From a virus (lineage: Duplodnaviria; Caudoviricetes), in IMG/VR virus record IMGVR_UViG_3300012912_000001, positions 1 to 58,892 of that record: a stretch of 58,892 nucleotides of DNA; one strand, given 5' to 3'. Below are positions 8,861-18,464 of the stretch, piece by piece (the first letter of the stretch is position 1; the number at the start of each line of letters is the position of its first letter). The notes beneath the pieces are model-generated. The model made no database searches, was not told where the DNA came from, and was given only the letters and a program-made list of their open reading frames with translations. The translations under genes and the position numbers were made by a program.

Positions 8861-8877
8861 TTAGAAAGGGAGAAACA

Positions 8878-9084
8878 ATGAAGAAACATAAGATTGGAAA
8901 GATGACACTTCGCAGCGAGGTTGTCAGGAATCTGGACCTTGCAATGATCAGAGGTGGAGACGGATTCACCTCTGCTATTGGCTGCCCATCGGCCTTCGCG
9001 TCCGACTGCTGCACCGTTCAGCCCTCGGCGCTGACCATGGCAGCGGCCCCAGATGGGGGCCGTAACCAGACCTGTTGCAACTGA
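8878..9084 (+). CDS. RiPP/lanthipeptide-precursor-like peptide 1
   Basis: MKKHKIGKMTLRSEVVRNLDLAMIRGG leader, then a Cys/Ser/Thr-rich core (5 Cys); RBS AAAGGGAG. Confidence 0.7.
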   Translation: MKKHKIGKMTLRSEVVRNLDLAMIRGGDGFTSAIGCPSAFASDCCTVQPSALTMAAAPDGGRNQTCCN

Positions 9085-9115
9085 GCCATACCCAAAGACT
9101 TAACGAGGAGTGCTT

Positions 9116-9478
9116 ATGGCGACACCGACATCAGTTACGATCCCTCCTGCCCTCATCGACTACGAGAGCATGGAGCTCGCCGAGATGACCGATGCCGGTG
9201 TCGGTATCCGGGCGCGCCCGCCGGCGCTCACCATTCGCTCGATGGTGCTGCGGGCTCTACGCGCCCAGCTCGAGTCAGGGCCGTTCCTCGCCGCCTTCGA
9301 CGCCGGGCTCCTCGACGCGCACGACGAGGAGCCGCGTAATTCGGACCGCATCTCCATCGTCTTCGGCGAGCGCCCACTCGGGCCTAGAGCGCTCACGGTA
9401 CCGGTTCCCTACACGACGCTGGCCCAGGACTGCATCTCGTGGCTGGCCCGCATGCGACAGGCGAGGGGCGAGCGATGA
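9116..9478 (+). CDS. Hypothetical protein
   Basis: RBS GAGGAG. Confidence 0.5.
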   Translation: MATPTSVTIPPALIDYESMELAEMTDAGVGIRARPPALTIRSMVLRALRAQLESGPFLAAFDAGLLDAHDEEPRNSDRISIVFGERPLGPRALTVPVPYTTLAQDCISWLARMRQARGER

Positions 9479-9665
9479 GATTCAAGTTCCTGATTGATCC
9501 TCCGTCACATCCGGACGATGTTGACGTCGACGTGTCGGAGTTCAGTGGCCCGGCCATCTGTCGGGCCAAGACCAGACCTATACCAGCGCAGCACATGCAG
9601 GCCATAGCGGAGCTGGCCGAGCTGGGGTTCGCCCCGGCGGCGATCGTCCGCAAGGAGAAACTGAA

Positions 9666-9923
9666 ATGACCGGTGTGGAAATCGACAATGAAATCGACGC
9701 GAGCATAGCTCGCATGAAGACCTCAGCGGAGCGCATGTTGTCGATGTGCGGAGGCGATGCCGAGGCTGCTATCACCGCCGGGCTCGGAGCCGTGCTCATC
9801 ATCGCGCATGGCGTCACACCCGCCGAGCGCACCATCGGTGACATTATCGCGTCGCTCCGCGAGTACCACTCGAGGCTCGCTCGACTCCCTGCTGTCGTGC
9901 AGGCAACCGGAGTCGCGTCGTGA
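9666..9923 (+). CDS. Hypothetical protein
   Basis: RBS AAGGAG; ATGA coupling. Confidence 0.5.
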   Translation: MTGVEIDNEIDASIARMKTSAERMLSMCGGDAEAAITAGLGAVLIIAHGVTPAERTIGDIIASLREYHSRLARLPAVVQATGVAS

Positions 9924-10333
9924 CCCCTGGCAGGCTCGAGCGCAGTCGCAAGACGACGCGTAACATCCGCGTCCCGACCGTCAAGTGCGACTGCCAGGAA
10001 TGCGTCGAGCTCAGAGCGAGGTCCGACGTGGACGAGCAATGCGCCAAGGCAGAGACCGTATGAGGCCGAGGCCGGTGCGCCTCATGGCCGGAGAGCACGT
10101 CGTGGCCGTCGCTCCTGAATTCGCTCAGGGTCCGGGATGGTCCAACCGGCCGCTCACCATCATCGTGAGCGACAGCGACGGAAAGCTGCGGAGCGAGTGC
10201 CTGCAGCCAGATGAGCAGGGCACAGAAATCGGCCTGCTCTTCGCAACGTGCGCCAGCGCCCACTCCGCGATGCGTGAGGCGGTGGAGAGGCGTATCGCCG
10301 GAGGTGGTGGAGGTCGAAAGAGAACCAGGCCAG

Positions 10334-10363
10334 GTTGACAACGTCAACAGCGGTGCCTATGGT
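10334..10363 (+). promoter_or_regulatory. Promoter/operator
   Basis: GTTGAC-AAC-GTCAAC; TTGACA-N17-TATGGT; ATG at 10370. Confidence 0.75.
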
Positions 10364-10369
10364 CTGGGC

Positions 10370-10768
10370 ATGCCCACACCAATCTCTCCCGCGGTTGCCT
10401 TCGCTGCCACTCATCAGCCTCGATTCGAGACGAGGGTCGAGGAGATTCTCGAGTACGTCAACCAGTGCATCGTCGACGCGATGGAGCGTCGAGACGACGG
10501 TCCCATCCAGGTCCCCACCACCCGCAGCGGGTGGAGCGTCCAGGATCTGGAGACCGCCGCGGACCATTTCCGTGCTGTTGGATGGCGCGTCACCTCCGGC
10601 GTTGGAGGTGTCACGTTCACCCTCGACTACCCGCCGCAGTTGGCAGCTGACGCTGCCCGCGCTGAGCAGGCCGCCATCTACGCTCCGCGTCCAGGCGAGC
10701 CGACGATGCTCGAGTACGAGCGCATGGCGCAAGACGATCGGATTCTCGACCGGTCCCGCCGCCGCTAG
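10370..10768 (+). CDS. Hypothetical protein, probably leaderless
   Basis: ATG 6 nt after the -10. Confidence 0.6.
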   Translation: MPTPISPAVAFAATHQPRFETRVEEILEYVNQCIVDAMERRDDGPIQVPTTRSGWSVQDLETAADHFRAVGWRVTSGVGGVTFTLDYPPQLAADAARAEQAAIYAPRPGEPTMLEYERMAQDDRILDRSRRR

Positions 10769-11088
10769 AACGGCACTTCAAGTGCGCGCAGCGCGTCCTC
10801 GACGCTGCGCACGATGACCGGTGGAATACCGGTCCACCTCTTCCACCACTGGACCTGCGCCGGGGTTAGCTCCCTGTAGCGCGGGTCCTCGTCGTCGTGC
10901 TTGCCCTTGATCGGTCGGGCGCGCGTACCGTTGATGTCCTTGACCTCGACGAGCAGCAGCCTGCCCTCGTACTCCACGACGAGGTCAGGCACCCCACTGC
11001 CTTCAAGCTGAGCCACAGCGGCGCCCTTTGCGCGCAAGGCATCGATGATGGCGCGCTCATTCACGTCGCGTCGTCTGGCGAATTTCAT
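10765..11088 (-). CDS. VRR-NUC-like / PD-(D/E)XK nuclease (possible resolvase)
   Basis: RRDVNE..IIDALR..G, GVPDLVV, LLVEVK, LTPAQ..W. Confidence 0.8.
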   Translation of the reverse strand: MKFARRRDVNERAIIDALRAKGAAVAQLEGSGVPDLVVEYEGRLLLVEVKDINGTRARPIKGKHDDEDPRYRELTPAQVQWWKRWTGIPPVIVRSVEDALRALEVPF

Positions 11089-12443
11089 CTCAGCGTCATG
11101 GTAGGCCCGTGCCATGACGCGTAGGCGATACCCGGCTCCCCGTTGGAGTTCAGGGAGACGTTTATCTGCGCTTGATTCTTCCATTCTTCATCGCTTGGGC
11201 AGCAACGGCAGTACGTGCTGCTCACGCAGCTGCAGTCGTAGTCGATGCCATTCACCGGCGTCTTGTTGTACTCCACTCCGCGGTAGAGAAACATCACGAG
11301 CCGGGCCACTTCCTCGATGGATCCAGATCCGCGTAAGTCCGAGGGATTCGGCCGCTTGTCCTCGCGATTCTCTACGTTTCGGTTTAGCTGGCTTAGCACC
11401 AAGCAGGCGATGTCAAGCTCCTTGGCGATGGCGAACAACTCGGCGAGGATTTCGCGCAGGGCCTGCTCCTCGTTGAGGGCAGGGTTGCGCTTGACGATCT
11501 GGAGGTAGTCGATGATGGCGAGGGATAGCGTCGGCTCCATCGCCTTGGCGCGGCGGAGTTCTCGCGCGATTTCGGACGCGGTCATCAGCCGGTCGTAGAC
11601 GAGCCAGTTGGTGCGCTCCCGGAACTTCGCCGCCGCCTGTGTCAGACGGCCGATGTCTCCGTTGTTGACCGTGCCCTTGCGTAGGGCGTCGATCGGCACA
11701 CCGCTGAATCTCGTGATCCCGCGGTCGGCGTACACGCTCTCGGAATCCTCGAGAGTGAACACCGCGACGCCGAGTCCGGCGACGCTCGCGGTCCCGGCGA
11801 TGGTCAGCGCCGCGGAGCTCTTACCCATCTTCGGTCGTGCGGCGATAACGCTGATGACTCCACGGGGCAGGCCGCCGATTTTCACGTCCAGCGCGACGAT
11901 GCCGGTGGGGACGAGCACGGACTTCCCGGCCTGCTCCCCGAGCTGCTTCCAGCGCGCCGCTACAGCCTGTGCCATCGTGCGCGGCTTGGCCGCGTGCCCG
12001 CGCCGCGCGACCTTCAAGATGCGCTGCTCCGCGTCGGCGAGGTACTCCTTGGGGTCAAGGTCCTCGGCGTAACCCATCTCGGCTACCTCGCCAGCCTCGA
12101 GCATCATGGCTCGCGCCATCGAGTAGCCGCGCACGATGACCGTGTACGCGACCACGTTCGAAGCCGTTGGGCATTGGAGTGTGAGTTCACCAAGAAACGC
12201 CGGACCGCCGACGGCGTCTAGCTTTCCACGGCGCGCGAGCTCAGCCTCGATGGTCACTACATCGATGGGCATCGATGCAGCCTCGAGTATCCGCATCGCC
12301 TCGAAGACGTGTCGGTGCTTCAGGTCGAAGAAGTCGCCTGGCTCCAGGTCTGGGAGCTCTGCAAGTACCTCCTGGCGGAGCAAGATTCCGCCGATGATGG
12401 ACGCTTCTGTTTCGATGGAATGAGGAAGCCTGCGCGCCTTCAC
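11085..12443 (-). CDS. dnaB: Replicative DNA helicase, DnaB-like
   Basis: PHSIETEASIIG N-terminus, AARPKMGKS Walker A, IIDYLQ, LSQLNR, DLRGSGSIE; GTG start coupled to the upstream stop. Confidence 0.93.
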   Translation of the reverse strand: MKARRLPHSIETEASIIGGILLRQEVLAELPDLEPGDFFDLKHRHVFEAMRILEAASMPIDVVTIEAELARRGKLDAVGGPAFLGELTLQCPTASNVVAYTVIVRGYSMARAMMLEAGEVAEMGYAEDLDPKEYLADAEQRILKVARRGHAAKPRTMAQAVAARWKQLGEQAGKSVLVPTGIVALDVKIGGLPRGVISVIAARPKMGKSSAALTIAGTASVAGLGVAVFTLEDSESVYADRGITRFSGVPIDALRKGTVNNGDIGRLTQAAAKFRERTNWLVYDRLMTASEIARELRRAKAMEPTLSLAIIDYLQIVKRNPALNEEQALREILAELFAIAKELDIACLVLSQLNRNVENREDKRPNPSDLRGSGSIEEVARLVMFLYRGVEYNKTPVNGIDYDCSCVSSTYCRCCPSDEEWKNQAQINVSLNSNGEPGIAYASWHGPTMTLR

Positions 12444-12838
12444 CCGCGCCGCTCTGCGCGCTCTGCGGTGACCCCAAGCCACGCCAGCCGTCGCTCGAAC
12501 AGCCTCGTCTTGGCCTCCGGCGACAGCCCTTCCATGCAAGGACCGCCAGCCTTCATCCCCGGGAAGAAGTTCGTCTCGAGCTCGTCCCAGAGCTGGCCGT
12601 AAAGCCAGCCGTCGCACTGGAAGTGCATGCGAATCTCGACGCACGACAAGCAGGTCGTGTACTCCGACCAGACAGAAGAGTCGTACCCCATCATCGTCAC
12701 GTACTCGTACGTCGAGCCCGGTGCGATGAGTTCGCGGCACTCATCGCACCGGTGCTCCTTCCGTGCCTTTCGGCGCAGGGTCCTCGATACCCTGGCGGTC
12801 TCGTCGCAGCCAGACAAAGGGCAGCACGTCATCGCCAT
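12440..12838 (-). CDS. Zinc-finger hypothetical protein
   Basis: RKARKEHRCDEC...TCLSC. Confidence 0.65.
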   Translation of the reverse strand: MAMTCCPLSGCDETARVSRTLRRKARKEHRCDECRELIAPGSTYEYVTMMGYDSSVWSEYTTCLSCVEIRMHFQCDGWLYGQLWDELETNFFPGMKAGGPCMEGLSPEAKTRLFERRLAWLGVTAERAERRG

Positions 12839-12964
12839 GTGACACCTCCGGTGAGTGCGAGCGCCGCCGCCGTCCTCGCGATGACCCGACGTGCGCTCGC
12901 CGAGAGGGCCGACTTGTCGCCCTTCCGCTTGGCCTTCGGATTCGGAGGCATATCAGGGAGCGCT

Positions 12965-14071
12965 CTAGTTCTCATGGGACGGCTCCTCTTCCCAAATCCG
13001 CTTGCCCTCGGTGGCCATCCACTCCTTGACCTCATCGGGCGTCATGATGCGCTTCGACGGGTCAGTGAGCGCTTCCTCGGCCTGCTTCGCCTCTCGCTCC
13101 AGCCTGCGCCGCTCGTTCTCCCGGCCAGTTGACCACTGGTGGGCGATCGACGCCTCCAGGCGTCGCTGCTCCTCTGACCTCGCATCCGCCGCGCTCTTGG
13201 GCTTTGGCCCACGTCTGGCTTCATCCTCCGACATCGCCGCATATTTCGCGAAATTTCCACCCGTGAACACAGCGCCAGTGAACCACCTGTAGTCCTCTTG
13301 CCCACTAACGACGCTAAGCTCACACATGTAGACGGCGTGCAGGGCTTGGATTTCGAGCTGAGCCAAATCATCGCTGGTTTGCGTTATGGCGACGTGTTGT
13401 TCGAGGTCCGATATCAGGCCGCGGTCGAAGGCCAAAAGTGGAATGTAGCGCTTCCTGAGGGCCTTCGCGGCCCTTTGGCGTCCTTCCTCAAGGGCCTGCC
13501 TGATGGTCTTCCTGAATTGAGAGCGCTTCCCCCGGAGGTCGGAGGTCGTCGAGTCTATTGGACTGACCGATTTATCCGGAGAGAGTGCGGGCGGACCATC
13601 TCGGAGCTCCCTCTCGGGGTCTTGATCGGAGGTCGGAGGTCGGAGGTCAGTCGCGTGGGTCTCGCGAATATTCTCGTGGGTCTCGCGTGGGTCTCGCGAA
13701 TCTGTCTCAACTAAAGGTTTTTGTTCGCAATCAGCCTCATCTCGGCCGGGCATCCTAGCCTTTCCTGGTCTGTCCACCTTCTGGTGCTTGTCCCAACCCG
13801 CGATATGTAGGTATGGCTGCCCCCGAACAGCATACGGAACCAGGAGCGTGACACCCGCGAGAGTCTCGAGAGCTTTCGCGACAGTCTCGCGTGACTCACT
13901 CGCACCCCACACTATCTGTCCGCGTATGTAGTCAGGATCCCCACGTAGGTTCCCGTAGTCGTCCGCGATCAGCCAGCTCCCCACGAACAGCCTGAACTCG
14001 AGGTGCGTCAGCGCCGCGCACTTTGAGTCGTCAAGGATCTCCGGCTTGATGCTGCGGATCCTGCCGGCCAT
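12965..14071 (-). CDS. Phage replication initiator
   Basis: N-terminal RIRSIKPE..D, ADDYG, WDKHQKVDRP; upstream of dnaB; internal repeats. Confidence 0.75.
   Translation of the reverse strand: MAGRIRSIKPEILDDSKCAALTHLEFRLFVGSWLIADDYGNLRGDPDYIRGQIVWGASESRETVAKALETLAGVTLLVPYAVRGQPYLHIAGWDKHQKVDRPGKARMPGRDEADCEQKPLVETDSRDPRETHENIRETHATDLRPPTSDQDPERELRDGPPALSPDKSVSPIDSTTSDLRGKRSQFRKTIRQALEEGRQRAAKALRKRYIPLLAFDRGLISDLEQHVAITQTSDDLAQLEIQALHAVYMCELSVVSGQEDYRWFTGAVFTGGNFAKYAAMSEDEARRGPKPKSAADARSEEQRRLEASIAHQWSTGRENERRRLEREAKQAEEALTDPSKRIMTPDEVKEWMATEGKRIWEEEPSHEN
13626..13725. repeat. Iteron-like repeats within the initiator gene (putative origin)
   Basis: TCGGAGG x3; TCGCGTGGGTCTCGCGAAT at 13651 and 13683 plus a partial copy; short AT-rich stretch beside them. 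Confidence 0.55.
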
Positions 14072-14250
14072 TACGCCACCTCATGCTTGGCGACAGCCGA
14101 TGTCACGAGCTCGGCGTGACGCATCGTGCTGCGGATGACCTCGCTCACCGATGTCGCGTGCCGCGTCGCGCGGCTCGTCCAATCGGCGAACTCATTTTGA
14201 GTGACGAGCACTACGACTCGCCGGGATTTGGTAGCTCTCTTTCGTGGCAT
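14071..14250 (-). CDS. Ribbon-helix-helix protein, 59 aa (absent from the ORF track)
   Basis: MPRKRATKSRRVVVLVTQNEFADWTSRATRHATSVSEVIRSTMRHAELVTSAVAKHEVA; TAATG-coupled to the initiator. Confidence 0.65.
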   Translation of the reverse strand: MPRKRATKSRRVVVLVTQNEFADWTSRATRHATSVSEVIRSTMRHAELVTSAVAKHEVA

Positions 14251-14320
14251 GTCACTATTGTTGCCATACCATGTGCGCCTGTGTCAATCACCCACCGAGC
14301 GATGCGGCACACGGTCTTCG

Positions 14321-14350
14321 CTTGACAACGTCAACAGCGCGATGCACGAT
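14321..14350 (+). promoter_or_regulatory. Promoter/operator for precursor peptide 2
   Basis: CTTGAC-AAC-GTCAAC; TTGACA-N17-CACGAT. Confidence 0.7.
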
Positions 14351-14358
14351 GGCCTGAC

Positions 14359-14529
14359 ATGAAGCACCACAAGCGAAGGCTGCAGCTGAATCGAGACACG
14401 GTCGCTGTGCTCACCGGAGACCAGACGCGCCGCGTGCTGGGCGGACGCGACAAGCCGGTAACGACGTCGACCATCACCATCATCACGTGGGACTGTCCGG
14501 GCGTTACGGACACGACCTGCTTCCACTAG
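14359..14529 (+). CDS. RiPP/lanthipeptide-precursor-like peptide 2, 56 aa (absent from the ORF track)
   Basis: MKHHKRRLQLNRDTVAVLTGDQTRRVLGG-RDKPVTTSTITIITWDCPGVTDTTCFH. Confidence 0.75.
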   Translation: MKHHKRRLQLNRDTVAVLTGDQTRRVLGGRDKPVTTSTITIITWDCPGVTDTTCFH

Positions 14530-14728
14530 AAGTGCCGAGCAAGCGCATCCCTCGACCGAAACGCACGTCGTGGAAGACCCACGGGTGGCGACGGATGCGG
14601 TCGAAGACCACGAGGGACATCAACCGTTCGAACGGATTTTGCGTGAACGACAACATGAAGCGCTCACACGGACCAGCGACGCACGGCGTGCGCTGTGAGC
14701 GTTGCCACCTGGTCCACAGGAGGTCAGC

Positions 14729-14935
14729 GTGAAGGCTACGTTTATGGACCACAACAAGCTAAACGCGCCCCGGACCCTGCCATCCCCGGTGGGGCGCAGC
14801 CGCGGTACCGACGAGCAAATCACGGCGGTGCGCGATCTGCTCGTCAAGCTCGGGCTCGGAGCGGCGGCCGTGTCGAGCCTTCGCGACGTCGACATGATCG
14901 ACATCATCCTCACGGCGCGCGAGGGCGCTTCGTGA
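14729..14935 (+). CDS. Hypothetical protein
   Basis: RBS CAGGAGG before a GTG. Confidence 0.5.
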   Translation: MKATFMDHNKLNAPRTLPSPVGRSRGTDEQITAVRDLLVKLGLGAAAVSSLRDVDMIDIILTAREGAS

Positions 14936-15272
14936 AGCTCCCGACCGAAGCCGAGGGGGTGGCTCCCTTCGTGGGGCACGTGGGGCACGTGTCGGTTCTG
15001 CAAGGCATCGTGCCTGCACGGCGAGATGGTGAGGTACGGGGTCAGGCACTGGGCCCACGGTCCGTGCCTGTTCAAAGCGCGAGACATCGACGGCATCAAT
15101 GCGCCTCACACGTGGCAGCTGGGGCGGCTTTCCGTGGTCGCGATGTTGGAGGCTGGAGTGACCCTCGAACAGGTCTGGGAGTGGGGCGCCCGAATCGATG
15201 CGGAGCGCCAGCGCGACCAGGCCAGTTCGAGGCCGAGAAGGTAGGTGCCATGAAGTTCAAGGTAGTGAAGCA

Positions 15273-16160
15273 GTGACCGCGCGCATCATCGACGTCTCGC
15301 CGGACGATTACCACCGCTTGCCGGGGTTCAGTGCGAGCCTCGCTAAGGTCCTAATCTCGCGCAGCCCTCTCCACGCCAGGGACGCGATGGACCGAGGTCT
15401 CGAGGAGGAGGCCGCGGAAGAAGATGAGGAGGACGACGAGGCCAAGCAGAAGCGACTCGATACCGGATCGATCTTGCACACCTTGCTCCTCGGCAAGGGC
15501 AAGCGCTTCAAGGTGCTGCCGTACGACGCGTGGCGCACCAAGGCAGCGAAGGATGACCGTGACGCTGCGCGTGCGGCCGGCCTCATCCCCATCAAAGAGA
15601 AGGAGATGGAGGTCTACCAGCGCATGGCCGCCGCGATGCGCTCTCGCATCGAGCTCGCGGGCCACACGCTGGATGGCGAGAGCGAGGTTGCCATCGGATG
15701 GACGGAGCCGACTCCGAGCGGGCCCGTGGAGTGCCGCTGTATGCTGGACCACCTCGTGGCATGGGGGCTGGACGGGTCGTGTCAGCCCGGCGCCATCATC
15801 TTCGAGCTCAAGCCGGTCGCCGACGCGAGCCCGGCGCGGTGCGAGCGCACGGCAGAGAACCTCGGCTACGGCATCGCCACGGCGGCGTACACTCGCGCGT
15901 TGACCGCGCTCTACCCGCAGCTCGCCGGTCGCATCGAGTTCCGGTTCCTGTGGCCGGAGTTCAAGCGGCCGTATGCGTTGCACGACCCGGTGCCGGACGG
16001 GATGTTTCGTGAGCTCGGCGAGCAACGCTGGCTGCGCGCGGTACACACGTGGGGCGCCTGCCTCGCGCGTGGCGAGTACCCTGGCTACAAGGCGCACAAG
16101 GAAATCAGCGCCCCGATGTGGGCGCTCAAGCAGGAAGGGTTCACCCAGGAGGACGTGTGA
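15273..16160 (+). CDS. PD-(D/E)XK exonuclease (RecE/ExoVIII-like)
   Basis: DYH...SAS..K...SP.H, GS..H..LL, ESEV, CRCMLD, IFELK, GY..A.AY. Confidence 0.8.
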   Translation: MTARIIDVSPDDYHRLPGFSASLAKVLISRSPLHARDAMDRGLEEEAAEEDEEDDEAKQKRLDTGSILHTLLLGKGKRFKVLPYDAWRTKAAKDDRDAARAAGLIPIKEKEMEVYQRMAAAMRSRIELAGHTLDGESEVAIGWTEPTPSGPVECRCMLDHLVAWGLDGSCQPGAIIFELKPVADASPARCERTAENLGYGIATAAYTRALTALYPQLAGRIEFRFLWPEFKRPYALHDPVPDGMFRELGEQRWLRAVHTWGACLARGEYPGYKAHKEISAPMWALKQEGFTQEDV

Positions 16161-16381
16161 TGGAAGACAAGCCGAAGAAGAAGCGCAACCCGAGCCGCAA
16201 GAGCATCAGCCTCTCGCAGCTCTGCTACGCGCGCCTGACCGCCGCGGCGAACGAGCGCGGAGTTCCGAGGTCAGAACTCGTCGAGGACGCGCTAGCCGCT
16301 GTGTTCAGCGGGGCGCCAGTTCGCGATTCGGAAGGAAACGAATACCGCTTGCCGTACAGGGAGACAGGCGATGCCTCGTAA
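16160..16381 (+). CDS. Ribbon-helix-helix (CopG-like) protein
   Basis: RKSISLS strand, helix, ERGVPRSELVEDAL. Confidence 0.65.
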   Translation: MEDKPKKKRNPSRKSISLSQLCYARLTAAANERGVPRSELVEDALAAVFSGAPVRDSEGNEYRLPYRETGDAS

Positions 16382-17414
16382 GTTCGAGGTATCGCCTGTC
16401 AAGCGCGAGCCGACGCCGCTCCTCGTCGGAATTATCGCTCCTTCGGGGGCCGGTAAGACCAAGTCGGCCCTCCGGCTCGCGGACGGAATGCGCCGAGTCA
16501 CCGGCGGCGACGTCGTGGTCATCGACACCGAGAATGGGCGTGCGTCGCAGCATGCCCGGGAACATCGGTTCGGCCACCTCAAGTTCTCGGCTCCGTTCGG
16601 GCCGCTGGACTATATAGAGGCGCTTCGCTCTGCAGTTGAGGCTGGCGCCAAAACCATCATCATCGACTCCATGAGCCATGAGTGGGAGGGAGAGGGCGGC
16701 GTCCTGGAGCTGCATGAGGCAGAGCTGGACAGGATGGCCGGGCAGGACTGGAAGAAGCGCGAGGCCTGCAACGCGGCGGCGTGGATTCGCCCGAAGGCAG
16801 CGCACCTGAAGTTCAAGCACTACCTGTTGCAGGTACCAGCCAACGTCATCCTGTGCTTCCGAGCCAAGGAGAAAATCAAGCCGGAGCGCGGCAAGGGGAT
16901 GGTCGACCTCGGATGGCAAGCCCTCGGTGCCGCCGACCTCACGTACGAGATGCTTGTGAGGTTCCTCCTCGCCCCCGGGTCAGACGGAGTCCCAACCCCG
17001 ATGGGAGCCGCCGGGCTAACAGACGCCGAGCGCGCCATGGTCAAGGTGCCTGCATGGTTTCGACAGGTGCTCGCACAGCCGAAGCAGCTCGACGAGGATT
17101 TTGGTGAGTTGCTTGCACGGTTCGCAAGCGGTGATGACATCGGTCAGGCAGTCCAGGGTGTTCCGGCAGTGACCCCATCTTCCAGGGCAGTGAGGCTCAT
17201 CGAGAGGCTGCAGCTCGCCACGCCGGCTACGCTTCCCGAGATGGAGACCGAGGCGCGCGGGCTGTTCCGCGGGCTTGACCAGTCCGGCAAGGATGCTCTC
17301 AGGGTGGCCATCGAGTCGGCGCGTGCTCGCGTTGCGGCCATCATTGAGGGTGAGGTAGCGCCGATGTCCGAAGAAGAGATGGCAGAAATCGCTCGCATGG
17401 AAGCAGGTAAGTGA
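16371..17414 (+). CDS. Sak4-like AAA ATPase recombinase
   Basis: APSGAGKT Walker A, IDTENG, IIIDSMSHEWEGEGG; next to the exonuclease. Confidence 0.8.
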   Translation: MPRKFEVSPVKREPTPLLVGIIAPSGAGKTKSALRLADGMRRVTGGDVVVIDTENGRASQHAREHRFGHLKFSAPFGPLDYIEALRSAVEAGAKTIIIDSMSHEWEGEGGVLELHEAELDRMAGQDWKKREACNAAAWIRPKAAHLKFKHYLLQVPANVILCFRAKEKIKPERGKGMVDLGWQALGAADLTYEMLVRFLLAPGSDGVPTPMGAAGLTDAERAMVKVPAWFRQVLAQPKQLDEDFGELLARFASGDDIGQAVQGVPAVTPSSRAVRLIERLQLATPATLPEMETEARGLFRGLDQSGKDALRVAIESARARVAAIIEGEVAPMSEEEMAEIARMEAGK

Positions 17415-17598
17415 TGCGGTTATACGTGGTATTCGATGGTCCATCCGCGGTAGGAACCGAGGCCTCTCTGGTCAGCGCATATGCTTCGGCGCGCTGGCTC
17501 GCAACGGAGCAGCCCGGAAGGAAGCTCTCCGTGGAGAGAGATGGAGAAGTCGTCGTGACCTGTGAGGTCTCAAACGGCAAAATGAAAGCATGGGTGCG

Positions 17599-17832
17599 AT
17601 GAAGGACTTCGTGCGCATTCTCCCCCTCAAGGAGGGCGAGCCTGGACAGCGACTTCGCGTCGAACGAGAGGAGTCGGAGGAGCTTCTCCTCCTCATCGAG
17701 GAGAAGTCTCTGCCGGAGAAGGTCAACGACGCGAAGGCGAGGAACCTGCGCCTGATTGGGCGATTCGTCCTGGACGACGACGAGGGTCGTTGGCTGCGCG
17801 ATACGCTTATCGAGCTCTACGGTGCACCATGA
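17599..17832 (+). CDS. Hypothetical protein
   Basis: ATGA-coupled ORF. Confidence 0.45.
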   Translation: MKDFVRILPLKEGEPGQRLRVEREESEELLLLIEEKSLPEKVNDAKARNLRLIGRFVLDDDEGRWLRDTLIELYGAP

Positions 17833-18464
17833 GGTGGCTCATCGTCCTCGCCCTGGTCGCTTGCGGTGACAACCTGGACGCGACGAGGCTGGCGCCGCCA
17901 GCTCAGCTCCTGTGCGATGCCTACGTCTGGTCCGGCGAGCACACGGTGTCGGCCGTCGCGCAGTTCCGATGCGTCGGCGGCACGGTTGCGCCGCGCGCGG
18001 CGTTCGTGTCGCTTGTGGTCAAGGGCGAGGAGGTCGGATGGCGCCCGCATCTTGTCGACTGCGACTCTCTCATCATCGACACGTACGAGAAGCCGTACGC
18101 CATCGCGACGGTGCTCGTCGATCTCAGCGATGAGCCCGGATGCTGGGCCTCAACCGCGACGTCAGGGCAGCACGTACGGGCAGCTGACGCTGCCCAGCTG
18201 GTTCAGCGTGTACTCGACGCTCGTGACGGCGTTGCCGAGGCATCTAAGCCCAGCGACGTTGCCTCGAGCCCGGTTGTCGATGACGTGCGCGATGCCGATT
18301 CCGCCTGGCGTCGAGGACAGCGTCACGGCGGTCCCGACCGGGCCGGCCATCCACGAGTCATGAACGGTCATGGAGTTGATCCGGACCGTCGTTGCGCGGT
18401 GCCAGACGCCGGCATGGTCAGGAGCAGGAACGCCCCAGACCATGGTCACCCGCTCGACCTGTAG
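17829..18464 (+). CDS. Predicted lipoprotein (3' end uncertain; overlaps the antisense gene)
   Basis: MRWLIVLALVAC-GDN signal peptide II / lipobox. Confidence 0.55.
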   Translation: MRWLIVLALVACGDNLDATRLAPPAQLLCDAYVWSGEHTVSAVAQFRCVGGTVAPRAAFVSLVVKGEEVGWRPHLVDCDSLIIDTYEKPYAIATVLVDLSDEPGCWASTATSGQHVRAADAAQLVQRVLDARDGVAEASKPSDVASSPVVDDVRDADSAWRRGQRHGGPDRAGHPRVMNGHGVDPDRRCAVPDAGMVRSRNAPDHGHPLDL

